From: a virus
Virus record (IMG/VR): IMGVR_UViG_3300045412_000547
Reading direction: 5' to 3' (one strand)
DNA: 64,000 nucleotides
Each line of letters begins with the position of its first letter. The first letter of the stretch is position 1. The notes under the pieces were generated by a model that worked only from the letters and a program-made list of their open reading frames with translations, did no database searches and had not been told where the DNA came from. Shown here piece by piece: positions 50,641-59,216 of this stretch. Both the position numbers and the translations under genes were made by a program.

Positions 50641-51033
50641 TTAAAGACTTATTGCAAACCCCTCATAAGTAAAATTTTGTAAGATATCTTTTGTCATTCC
50701 TCGTTCTTTACAAAACTTTTTATAAATGACGTATTCGGATTTTTGATCTATGTTTAATTTAGATATATCCGGTCTGTGTCTAGGTTTATGAGCTTGTTCT
50801 ATAGACCAATAACGTATTTCATGGGCATGCTCGTAATATGTATAGTTTAAATTCAACTTGATGCAACCATCTGGATTCCTGCCTGAAAAAAACCCATCCC
50901 AATCCGCCATCGTGATATTATTAAAAATAACAAGCCCCGGAAACCATCCGCCCGGATTCCATCCGTTTGCATAACCTACCTCTACCAGATATGGCTTAGT
51001 TGCACCGTAACGATAGTATTTAATATACCTCAT
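50641..51033 (-). CDS. MxY...FTxEG family protein
   Basis: MRY ... FTYEGF. Confidence 0.65.
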   Translation of the reverse strand: MRYIKYYRYGATKPYLVEVGYANGWNPGGWFPGLVIFNNITMADWDGFFSGRNPDGCIKLNLNYTYYEHAHEIRYWSIEQAHKPRHRPDISKLNIDQKSEYVIYKKFCKERGMTKDILQNFTYEGFAISL

Positions 51034-51356
51034 TTTTTACTTCTAAAAAATAAGTTTGTCCTAACAATACTTTTGGGTATGCCTTCTTCACTAAAAAATT
51101 TTATCAAATCAAAAACATAATCATATGTTGTTTTATTTAGTACATCATTAAATAAAAAATTTTCATGATCGGAACGAGGACTTGTCCAGCCCTGGGAATA
51201 TGCATACCAAGGCAATTCATTATATTTGAGTTTTCTCTGAGAATCTAAATTTAATGGTACTTTGTAAATTCCAAAACAAGTAAACGCATCTCTTTTAGTT
51301 ACTACAAACTCATTATTGAGGTTATTAAGAGGTATTTTCTGAACTTGGTATTTCAT
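51030..51356 (-). CDS. MxY...FSxEG family protein
   Basis: MKY ... FSEEGIP. Confidence 0.65.
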   Translation of the reverse strand: MKYQVQKIPLNNLNNEFVVTKRDAFTCFGIYKVPLNLDSQRKLKYNELPWYAYSQGWTSPRSDHENFLFNDVLNKTTYDYVFDLIKFFSEEGIPKSIVRTNLFFRSKK

Positions 51357-51760
51357 ATACTAAGAGGTATTCCTTCCTGCGAAAAAGGACGTAAAGCATT
51401 TACACAAAAATAATTATAATAAACATTATAATAAGATTGAGAAACGTAGTTACCGTTTTCACTTTTCAATACATATCTTGTTTTCAATAGATTATATAAG
51501 GTATAATACTCAATTTCAAAATCATCATGTTTTTCTCCATAAAATTTGCCTTGCTTTAATTCATTTGCTGTAATGTTGTAAGGTACTATATTCCAGACTA
51601 CTTCACCGAATTTTTTTTCTGGTAACGTTTCTTTCGACTCTAAATCATAAGTACGAGCATTCTTTGAACAAAAAATGATACCTTGAAGACAATACTCTTG
51701 ACCGGAAAGATGATAGGTGATTGGAATATCTTTCATCAATAATAAATGTTGGTATCTCAT
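51353..51760 (-). CDS. MxY...FSxEG family protein
   Basis: MRY ... FSQEGIP. Confidence 0.65.
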   Translation of the reverse strand: MRYQHLLLMKDIPITYHLSGQEYCLQGIIFCSKNARTYDLESKETLPEKKFGEVVWNIVPYNITANELKQGKFYGEKHDDFEIEYYTLYNLLKTRYVLKSENGNYVSQSYYNVYYNYFCVNALRPFSQEGIPLSI

Positions 51761-52290
51761 GATACCTTACGTTTGAGATAAAATGAAAATCCTTCCATAC
51801 TATAATCTTCTAATGCTTTTGATAGATATAAGTTTGCATGGTTAAGAAAATAATGATTAATTCCAATGTCCAAATCGTTGTAGAGACTTATTCCTATGGA
51901 ATCAAAATTGATATCCATTGGCCCGTAATCGCCAAACTTACGATATAGACGCCACTTCACACAATTCTTCATTAAACTACCAAGGTTCTCTTCTCCACCG
52001 AGGAACTCTTTCGGTTTAAAAGGCTTATTTTGTTTTAAAGAATTTTTACGTTTGAGATAAGTCATACTCACTATTACAAATATTTTCCCGTAATTATATG
52101 CAGAAAAATTTATTGAATTATCTAAAAACCTTTTCTCTCTTTGAGGATTCCATATGTTTTCCGCATCTCGCTCTGCTTGGGCAGGTATTGTTTGTCCTGT
52201 TTGATTAAAAGGTAAATGCAAAGGCCTTTTAGGAACCAGGTAGTGCCAAAAAGTTTTATCTGTTAATCCAATATAATGACCGTAAATCAT
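51757..52290 (-). CDS. MxY...YSxEG family protein (start revised to MIYGHY)
   Basis: TAAATA 5 nt upstream of ATG 52290; YSMEGF. Confidence 0.65.
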   Translation of the reverse strand: MIYGHYIGLTDKTFWHYLVPKRPLHLPFNQTGQTIPAQAERDAENIWNPQREKRFLDNSINFSAYNYGKIFVIVSMTYLKRKNSLKQNKPFKPKEFLGGEENLGSLMKNCVKWRLYRKFGDYGPMDINFDSIGISLYNDLDIGINHYFLNHANLYLSKALEDYSMEGFSFYLKRKVS

Positions 52291-52353
52291 ACCAGTATTT
52301 ATATATAAAAATTTTTTAAGGGAAAAAACAATATATATATACATAGAGATTAT

Positions 52354-52695
52354 ATGTTATACGAAATATGTAGACGGTCGCTCCATGCAAAGAGGAAATT
52401 TGCACATTTGTTAGATGACAAATGGCATTGCAACCTTCGTGTCTATTGCCCGCCCTGGGGAAAGTATAGACGTATAGATTTTAACGAACAGCCTTTATTA
52501 TTTCCGTATATACCTTTAACCGGTGTTAATGTTAGAAAAAGCTTTATAAAACGGTACAAACTATCGTTTAATTATAACAGCACCGGCTTAGCCGCCACCG
52601 GCTATTATACCTCATACGAACCTATAAAATATATATATGCTCTGGTACAATACAGGTATACCATAGAGGGCTTCTTAAGGCATTATTATATATAA
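52354..52695 (+). CDS. MxY...YTxEG family protein
   Basis: MLY ... YTIEGF; close paralogue of 52818-53129. Confidence 0.65.
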   Translation: MLYEICRRSLHAKRKFAHLLDDKWHCNLRVYCPPWGKYRRIDFNEQPLLFPYIPLTGVNVRKSFIKRYKLSFNYNSTGLAATGYYTSYEPIKYIYALVQYRYTIEGFLRHYYI

Positions 52696-53218
52696 TTTTT
52701 TGTCACAAGACAGCGTGTTATACTTATAGGCCGAAGGCCAATTCGGCCAGAATATAAATATATCTGTATATAAATATATCTGTGCACTCAATGTTAGACA
52801 ATTTATAGCGGTATTATATGTTATACCAACTAATCTGGAATAATAAGTTACGAAGTCGAAAAGATGTCCAGATCGACGCACTGATCAAGGAGTTCAATGT
52901 GTACTGCCCCCGCCTGGAAAAGTATAAAGATTTTAAAAATGTTCTAGTATTGAGTTATGTACCTTTCACCAATGTCCTTCAAAGCTTTATGAAACGGTAC
53001 GAAATAAAACGTATAGAAGATACTTATCCATATTATTCCACACACATACCCATTGGGCTTGCATATTCTCGAAAAAGTAATGGTTACAAATTTACTATAG
53101 AGGGCTTCTTGATTGATGGATATATATAATTTTTTGTCACAAACAATCGTGTTATACTTATAGGCCGTAGGCCAATTCGGCCAGAATATAAATATATCTG
53201 TGCGTTACAATATTAGAC
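52687..53218 (+). repeat. Direct repeat of about 100 bp (copies near 52687-52809 and 53121-53218) with promoter motifs and a stem-loop
   Basis: TATATATAATTTTTTGTCACAA...GTGTTATACTTATAGGCCGwAGGCCAATTCGGCCAGAATATAAATATATCTGT in both copies. Confidence 0.9.
52818..53129 (+). CDS. MxY...FTxEG family protein
   Basis: MLY ... FTIEGF. Confidence 0.65.
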   Translation: MLYQLIWNNKLRSRKDVQIDALIKEFNVYCPRLEKYKDFKNVLVLSYVPFTNVLQSFMKRYEIKRIEDTYPYYSTHIPIGLAYSRKSNGYKFTIEGFLIDGYI

Positions 53219-53466
53219 GATTATCGAATTTGGGTCCGAAAAAGGGTCTTATTGAATTAATCGGCTATAAAATACATGATGCAGGTGTAGAAGATATAAA
53301 TAATATACACTTACGAGACCTAGTTTATTGGGTCTATGTTTATAGTAGTACCATGGAAGGCACAAATAGAGATAAACACCGTTATAAAGAAAAGAGTAAT
53401 AGGCATATGTCCCCTTATACATCATACACCGTGGAAGGTATTGTGTCTATGACATACATAAAATAA
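53200..53466 (+). CDS. MxY...YTxEG family protein
   Basis: MRY ... YTVEGI; TATAAATA 5 nt upstream. Confidence 0.65.
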   Translation: MRYNIRRLSNLGPKKGLIELIGYKIHDAGVEDINNIHLRDLVYWVYVYSSTMEGTNRDKHRYKEKSNRHMSPYTSYTVEGIVSMTYIK

Positions 53467-53786
53467 GGTTTTATATTAGTAGCATATGGTAGCTTCCGGG
53501 CAAAAATTCGGACAAATAAAATCCTACCCATATAGTTATATAAAAATTTTGCAAAAAAAATTTTTCGGCATGCACTTATTAGAAGGTACAAAAGGTTTTT
53601 TGTATCTATAAATTCCCGTGACTGGTTTTAGATAGCGGGGGGTGTTTTAGAACCCCACTTTAGTTTTAGAACAGGACCTGTTTATCTAGAAGGGGGGTCG
53701 TCTTTATGAATGTACCATATAGCGATATAGCACATCGTAAGCCAAATAGAGACTATGATTAGTACGGCCACACCACCCACCTTGCT

Positions 53787-54704
53787 TTACTTGCCTTCCT
53801 GACGGACGGCTATATGCCAGATAGCCTCTCCTCCTCGGCCCTTCTTAATGACCAAACCTTCTGAGACAAGTTCACGTAAGAGATAGCCCAGACGAGTACT
53901 ATCCATCTTAAGCTTATCACAAGCTTGCTTCAGAGTAAGCTGCTTATTAGACTCTAACAACGATATTAGTTGTTTACGTTGCTCGATCTTTGGTTGTTTC
54001 TTTTTATTAATCTTCTGAGGTACGACCACTTCTGAATTAAAATCGTAACCTGCATACAACATCTGCGTCATCAGCTCGTGGGCAGGACCAAATCGATTCT
54101 TATCAAAATAGATTCGTCGCATATTAGCTTCTCCATCGCGTACTCCGCTGATGCCCATATTGACATCGACAGCATGGATTATAAGAGAAGAGCCTTTAAT
54201 GCCTCCTGCCTTGGTATGGTGACAGACCATAAAGATGGCACACTCCGTTTCCTTAGCTCGGACAACTAGCTTTTCGATTAGATACTTTTCGAGCTCTCGA
54301 TTACGCAGCTTACCAGCCGTTAGACCTTGGAAGGAATCGACAACAACGACATCGAGGTTATCCATCTGCTTGGATATGGTATCGACATCAGCCTCGTTAC
54401 AGACCATCAAGTCGGTGACGTCTAATCGCTTACAAGTAAGAGCTAGCTGGGCCACACTCTCTTCGGTAGAACAGTAACCGACTTTATAGCCGTTCTTGTG
54501 AAGGGCTTGGAGAAGCTGTAACATGAGAGTAGTCTTCCCCAGACCCGCTCGGGCAGTCAAGGTGATTGAACTACCTGGGAGTATACCACCCCCAAACGCA
54601 GCATCCACCTTCTCAATTCCCGTCTGCATCCTCCGATAGAAGACATCTGGTATGACCACATTCTTAACTTTAACAAATTTAGTAGGCTCTAATTTAACGT
54701 TCAT
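53787..54704 (-). CDS. radA: RadA/Sms-like ATPase with C-terminal wHTH, lacking Zn-finger and Lon-like domains
   Basis: TGIEKVD..FGGGILPGS, ARAGLGKTT, TEES, VVDSFQ, HAVD, KNRFG. Confidence 0.75.
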   Translation of the reverse strand: MNVKLEPTKFVKVKNVVIPDVFYRRMQTGIEKVDAAFGGGILPGSSITLTARAGLGKTTLMLQLLQALHKNGYKVGYCSTEESVAQLALTCKRLDVTDLMVCNEADVDTISKQMDNLDVVVVDSFQGLTAGKLRNRELEKYLIEKLVVRAKETECAIFMVCHHTKAGGIKGSSLIIHAVDVNMGISGVRDGEANMRRIYFDKNRFGPAHELMTQMLYAGYDFNSEVVVPQKINKKKQPKIEQRKQLISLLESNKQLTLKQACDKLKMDSTRLGYLLRELVSEGLVIKKGRGGEAIWHIAVRQEGK

Positions 54705-54735
54705 GTGAGTATTGTCGATGAAAATTTTGAACTCG

Positions 54736-55365
54736 TCAACTATTACTATTAGCGTAATCTTGGAGTAGTTGGCGAGTCACCACCGACAGCTTGCCTCCTT
54801 TCTCTTCTACCATCTTGGCTAAATCTATGTCCACGGCTACGAACCGCTTCTTGTATTTGTTAACCACCGATCCTCCATCACTGGATCGGACCACTCCTTT
54901 GTCATGGAGCTTTTCAAACGCTTTACCCTCTTTAGTCTTGAGAAAGCCCGCTACTAACTTCATACCTTGCTCATTGAGAGAGGTCTGCGCATAACCGCGA
55001 TTACGGACCTTGGTGACAGTTAACCCGAACGACTCCGCCCTCTTCTTGAAGTGCTTATTATGATACTGATTGGCATTACAGTCGGTGATGTTCTTCACGT
55101 AGTTGGCGTAATGGGCCATTTCGTGGATGACAGTCTCTAAGACGCCTTCCAAAGGCCGTTTAAGAGTGTCCGGACAGATGTTGATTTCATTCTTGTTAGA
55201 CTTTCCTTCTTTCCATTTACCTCGGAAGAACCATCCCAGATAAGCGGTCTTCCCTCGATTAGGAATGAGCGTGAAATAAGGATCGGGCAGCTTTGAATCC
55301 AACTCCTTGTTGAGGTAATTAAAGCTATCATGAAGGCAGGTAATGATATCACCGATGGTATTCAT
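54736..55365 (-). CDS. SprT-like zinc metalloprotease
   Basis: EINI...HEMAH...YHNKHFK. Confidence 0.8.
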   Translation of the reverse strand: MNTIGDIITCLHDSFNYLNKELDSKLPDPYFTLIPNRGKTAYLGWFFRGKWKEGKSNKNEINICPDTLKRPLEGVLETVIHEMAHYANYVKNITDCNANQYHNKHFKKRAESFGLTVTKVRNRGYAQTSLNEQGMKLVAGFLKTKEGKAFEKLHDKGVVRSSDGGSVVNKYKKRFVAVDIDLAKMVEEKGGKLSVVTRQLLQDYANSNS

Positions 55366-55637
55366 GACTTCACCTCTCTGACAACAGGTCTATAAGTTAT
55401 GTCATGGACAATCTTATTGGAAAGGAAGTGTACCGCTGACCGACGAGAGGGAAACGAGAACGAAACATCCCGTTTACCAGACATTAGGTTAGTACCACTT
55501 CCTAACGGCATACCTTTATACCTCATAGAGAGGTTATCGAGCATGTCTTCCTCTTGGGAAAACATATACTCCCGCTTCACATACATACAAACGTAGAACT
55601 TGTCACTTTTCATGAGATGATCTCCTTTCGTTTTCAT
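55362..55637 (-). CDS. Hypothetical early protein
   Basis: Own promoter TTGACG-N16-GACAAT-N6-ATG. Confidence 0.6.
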   Translation of the reverse strand: MKTKGDHLMKSDKFYVCMYVKREYMFSQEEDMLDNLSMRYKGMPLGSGTNLMSGKRDVSFSFPSRRSAVHFLSNKIVHDITYRPVVREVKS

Positions 55638-55758
55638 ATCTATATTGTCAATGAAATTTGGAATTCGTCAACTTTTTTGTTTGTGGGCTCCAAAAATATG
55701 AATGACAAAAAAAACTATAATGATTGATGCCACCCAGATAGCTAAAAAAAGAGGATAG

Positions 55759-55965
55759 TTAATTTGATTGTGAGGAATCATGTAGTACCCCCTCTTCTCT
55801 AAGGCCATCTCTAACTTGGTTTTTAAGCTCTTCGTAAAATCCTATCTCTTCGTTAGTACTCCGATAACGCGTTCCGTTGAAACAGACGGTTATAAAGCAC
55901 TTTTTCGAAGTGGACTCGTACACGAAATCAATCCCTTGATCGGCCATCAATTGGGTTATATTCAT
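55759..55965 (-). CDS. Hypothetical early protein
   Basis: ORF in the early cassette array. Confidence 0.55.
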   Translation of the reverse strand: MNITQLMADQGIDFVYESTSKKCFITVCFNGTRYRSTNEEIGFYEELKNQVRDGLREEGVLHDSSQSN

Positions 55966-55982
55966 GTATAGGCCTTTATTAT

Positions 55983-56231
55983 TTAGAGCGAGACCTTTAC
56001 TAGTTTATTAGGACGGAAAATAGCCATCGAACCTTTCACCGCTACCACGTACATGGGAGGTTGGGTATTCTTCAATGCCATCACTCCTCCTAGACGATTG
56101 CGGAGACGACCTTCTTTAACCATCACCATATCGCCAGGTGCGAAAGCAAAACCTCGACCTGTGCCCCCGTAATGTTTCTTCCAGTTAAAATATACCATCT
56201 TGTCATTTGTTTTGGGTCTGTTGTTTTTCAT
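55983..56231 (-). CDS. Small KOW/SH3-like early protein
   Basis: FAPGDMVMVKEG...GGV; promoter TTGATG-N16-CATAAT-N7-ATG. Confidence 0.55.
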   Translation of the reverse strand: MKNNRPKTNDKMVYFNWKKHYGGTGRGFAFAPGDMVMVKEGRLRNRLGGVMALKNTQPPMYVVAVKGSMAIFRPNKLVKVSL

Positions 56232-56272
56232 TGTTGGTATTATGATTGAAAATTTTTATTCATCAATCTATT

Positions 56273-56566
56273 TCAATCATCATCACTATCATCCTTTTTC
56301 AAATAATCATTAATCTTTATCTTCTTGAAGTCGAACGGATTAGCACCATTAATCGCTTTACGAACTCTCTCTAAACCCGTCTCATTCAATATAATAACGG
56401 TACTATAATCTTCCTCTCCATCATTATACAACTTCAATCCATTAACTTCACAATTATAACTATTATAACTACCAATTACTTCTTGTAACTCCTTCTCACT
56501 ATCAATCGTAGTAAAAAAGGCATCACCCCCACATTCCGTATCGATATTCAATACCGCATATTTCAT
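56273..56566 (-). CDS. Acidic early protein with C-poor coding strand
   Basis: AAGGAG SD; about 19 C in 294 nt of coding strand. Confidence 0.6.
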   Translation of the reverse strand: MKYAVLNIDTECGGDAFFTTIDSEKELQEVIGSYNSYNCEVNGLKLYNDGEEDYSTVIILNETGLERVRKAINGANPFDFKKIKINDYLKKDDSDDD

Positions 56567-56646
56567 TTTTTATCTCCTTTTTTATAAAAATGAAATTCGG
56601 AATTCGTCAACTGTAAAGTAAAAGTTTACAGTTGCTCCTGTAAAAT

Positions 56647-56865
56647 TTACAATTTTCCATTCTCAAACACAAACTTCCTACCAATTTGAATGGTAGTGAG
56701 AAATTCATCTCCAAGTTTAGTTGGTTTATAGATTTTAGTAGTGATAGAATTATCATTAGTACACCACCCATAATTCATGGGTACATCCTGAAAACAGTTC
56801 TCTCCATACACCTTTTTGAGGTGTTTGATATGATGTTCAACAATCTTCATCAATAGCCTCATCAC
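56647..56865 (-). CDS. Hypothetical early protein
   Basis: ORF in the array. Confidence 0.5.
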   Translation of the reverse strand: MMRLLMKIVEHHIKHLKKVYGENCFQDVPMNYGWCTNDNSITTKIYKPTKLGDEFLTTIQIGRKFVFENGKL

Positions 56866-57034
56866 ACTGATATCGTTCGAAAATATCGGGACGGTACTTG
56901 CTTATCTTCTCGTTGTGACAATCGGGACAGGTCCGGCACAGCGGGATGCCGTGTCCGTCATACACCCATTCGGATGTCCTACCTGAGCCGCACCTGCATT
57001 CCTGAAACACACTCAGTTCAACAATCTTACTCAT
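56837..57034 (-). CDS. Small zinc-binding protein
   Basis: CRCGSG ... DGHGIPLCRTCPDC. Confidence 0.65.
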   Translation of the reverse strand: MSKIVELSVFQECRCGSGRTSEWVYDGHGIPLCRTCPDCHNEKISKYRPDIFERYQCDEAIDEDC

Positions 57035-57256
57035 TTAACCTCCTTGGTAGGTAATCTTACTCAATTCGTTTATGGCTTTATCAAACTCTCCCATCACCTC
57101 ACTCTTGGGAAAAAAGGGTTTGTAGTTAGGTTTGTGCAAGGGAATGTCATCCATATTTAACTCTACCATCCGCTTTAACTTGGACAGAACACCAATGGTA
57201 TAGCCAATGGAATATGATGTGGTCTCTTCACTATTAAATGCTTTTGTATTTATCAT
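57035..57256 (-). CDS. Hypothetical early protein
   Basis: Promoter TTGACC-N16-TATAAT-N7-ATG. Confidence 0.6.
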   Translation of the reverse strand: MINTKAFNSEETTSYSIGYTIGVLSKLKRMVELNMDDIPLHKPNYKPFFPKSEVMGEFDKAINELSKITYQGG

Positions 57257-57307
57257 ACCTGTTATTATAAGGGAAGTTGTGTTTTGGTCAACTCAAAAAT
57301 AGGATAC

Positions 57308-57457
57308 TTATTTAAGAATATCCTCAATATCTCTGAGATACTCAGACACATCAGTCAATTTTTCCTTCCCCCCACTCTCATAATATTCATAACCTGCATC
57401 ATCCACCAACTGCTTTAGTACTGCTGTAATGTATTTCTTTTGTGCTTTTGTCATCAT
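57308..57457 (-). CDS. Small early protein (49 aa; absent from the ORF track)
   Basis: MMTKAQKKYITAVLKQLVDDAGYEYYESGGKEKLTDVSEYLRDIEDILK; promoter TTGACT-N16-CATAAT-N6-ATG. Confidence 0.6.
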   Translation of the reverse strand: MMTKAQKKYITAVLKQLVDDAGYEYYESGGKEKLTDVSEYLRDIEDILK

Positions 57458-57487
57458 ACTCCTATTATGGCTGAATTTAAGATTGAG

Positions 57488-57670
57488 TCAACTAGAGACT
57501 TCTCTGTAGTTTAAGCTACTTATCAACCACCCATATTTTTGGGTAATCAAATCGCTTAATTCATTCTCTACATCCAAGTTTTTCGGTACTTTTATTTCCA
57601 AGGAGGTCGGTAAATCAACATCCTCACCATCAGTATCCCATACAATGTTAGTTACTTTTATATTTTTCAT
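57488..57670 (-). CDS. Hypothetical early protein
   Basis: VTNIVWDTDGE..LP...ISD-like..YGW pattern seen in small phage proteins. Confidence 0.6.
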   Translation of the reverse strand: MKNIKVTNIVWDTDGEDVDLPTSLEIKVPKNLDVENELSDLITQKYGWLISSLNYREVSS

Positions 57671-58146
57671 ACATCTCTAGAAGCTCCTTCTAACAATTTA
57701 ATTTCCTTTTTATCCTTCTTTATATTCCTGATTTGAACATTGTTAAGAGGAAATGCTTTGTAATATTTAAAATTATTATTCTCATCATTAATGGAAATAG
57801 CATTATCCAACATTGCATTTCTATCAGATTTCATATCTATAACTTGATACACTCCAAAATATTCACCTGGAAGGGCAATATGGGGACCAATGCCCTTGCC
57901 CTTACCATTTATAAAAATACCGTAATTCACCTTTACACCCTTAAAATCATTTCTAGTTTTAAGCTCTTGTCTGGTTAAACCATCACAAACTTTACGATAA
58001 TTTTCTGTATCAGAATAATCAGGAAGAGAGGAAGGCTTGTACCAGAAATTAAGATAATAAACTTTACTACAAATAGATTGGGTAGGGGTGATTTGAATAT
58101 CCATCCAAGCAAACTTCTTAGGGCTAGCTAATTTATAGATTTTCAT
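57667..58146 (-). CDS. Hypothetical early protein
   Basis: Promoter TTGATA-N16-AATAAT-N6-ATG. Confidence 0.6.
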   Translation of the reverse strand: MKIYKLASPKKFAWMDIQITPTQSICSKVYYLNFWYKPSSLPDYSDTENYRKVCDGLTRQELKTRNDFKGVKVNYGIFINGKGKGIGPHIALPGEYFGVYQVIDMKSDRNAMLDNAISINDENNNFKYYKAFPLNNVQIRNIKKDKKEIKLLEGASRDV

Positions 58147-58176
58147 ATTTTCATTATTACTGAATTTGAGATTTTA

Positions 58177-58407
58177 TCAACTAAAATTACAATCAAAGTT
58201 CTTTCCAGTATCAGAAAGATTCTCTCCATAATTGAGAAGTGATTCTGCAATACATTCTAAATCACCATTATCTTCTGCATTCTTACTATTATAATATCTC
58301 TTTGCCCATTTCATATCTGACTTCTTGATAGTTTCCTCAAACTCCTCAATAGCATCAAATACATTTTGCATTAGTTTTTCTAACTGTTCTGCTCTTTGAA
58401 TTGTCAT
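58177..58407 (-). CDS. Hypothetical early protein
   Basis: AAGGAG SD; helical acidic ORF. Confidence 0.6.
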   Translation of the reverse strand: MTIQRAEQLEKLMQNVFDAIEEFEETIKKSDMKWAKRYYNSKNAEDNGDLECIAESLLNYGENLSDTGKNFDCNFS

Positions 58408-58445
58408 AATACTCCTTATTATATGGGCAAATTCGATTTAGACTA

Positions 58446-58712
58446 CTATATTTTTATAAAGCTAATATCTGAGTCTAAGGGAAAGGGATTATCTATATAC
58501 CACACCTTCTTGTCACTTGACCTTACATTTGTCTTGTTCCAATGAAAGGTGCTTTTTAATACATCCACATCCTCCTTATCATTCCTATTAGGTAACATAT
58601 CCAATGACCTATTTAAGGTTTGATTAAAGTGGGAGTGTAGATAGGTATGGTCTACTTCCTTTAAACCCTTACCCTTCCAGTCCACCATAATATATTTCCC
58701 TTTTTCTATCAT
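58446..58712 (-). CDS. Hypothetical early protein
   Basis: Promoter TTGGCC-N17-TATAAT-N7-ATG. Confidence 0.6.
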   Translation of the reverse strand: MIEKGKYIMVDWKGKGLKEVDHTYLHSHFNQTLNRSLDMLPNRNDKEDVDVLKSTFHWNKTNVRSSDKKVWYIDNPFPLDSDISFIKI

Positions 58713-58739
58713 ACTTTCTATTATATTGGCAAAATTGAT

Positions 58740-58967
58740 TTAGGCCAAATTATTTTCCTTATTATATTTTTTCCAATCAACAAACTTTGTTAAATCAATA
58801 CACCCTTCCATATCTATTCCCCACCTATCTATAGTTTCTATTAAATGTACACTACCTTCTATTCCTTCTATACTACCCTTATTAAGTTCTACAAAATCGT
58901 ACATTTTGTAAAAGGCCTTTTCGAATTGTTTATATAGTTGTTTGTATTGTTGTTGTTTATTTAACAT
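58740..58967 (-). CDS. Hypothetical early protein
   Basis: Promoter TTGCTA-N16-TACAAT-N6-ATG. Confidence 0.6.
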   Translation of the reverse strand: MLNKQQQYKQLYKQFEKAFYKMYDFVELNKGSIEGIEGSVHLIETIDRWGIDMEGCIDLTKFVDWKKYNKENNLA

Positions 58968-59216
58968 ACCTATATTGTACGGGAATTTTGGGTTATAGCA
59001 ACTTTTATTTTGTCAAAGTTTTTTATTGATAAAATTGTAGTTTCCTTTAAACTAAATATACCACCTTAAGATTAGGGCAGGAGGGAGGAGAACTGGACCT
59101 TAACTTTACGCGTAAAGTTTAAGTTAATTTATTGTAAAGGGACTTAGGATTTAGTCAATATTAAAAGCATAATAATTTTTTATTGACCCAAACTAAATTT
59201 CCCGTATAATAAAAGT
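58968..59216. promoter_or_regulatory. Four sigma70-like promoters plus a central 18-bp palindrome
   Basis: P1(-) 58974-59001, P2(+) 59026-59053, P3(-) 59131-59158, P4(+) 59183-59210, all with 16-bp spacers; AACTTTACGCGTAAAGTT at 59102-59119. Confidence 0.7.

Noticed and set aside
50081-53466. Diversity-generating retroelement as the source of array variability
   Set aside because: No reverse transcriptase in the window and no template/variable repeat pair with adenine-specific differences
53625-53691. GTTTTAGA repeats resembling the start of type II-A CRISPR repeats
   Set aside because: Only 8-9 bp conserved with a 19-bp period; no room for spacers and no cas genes in the window
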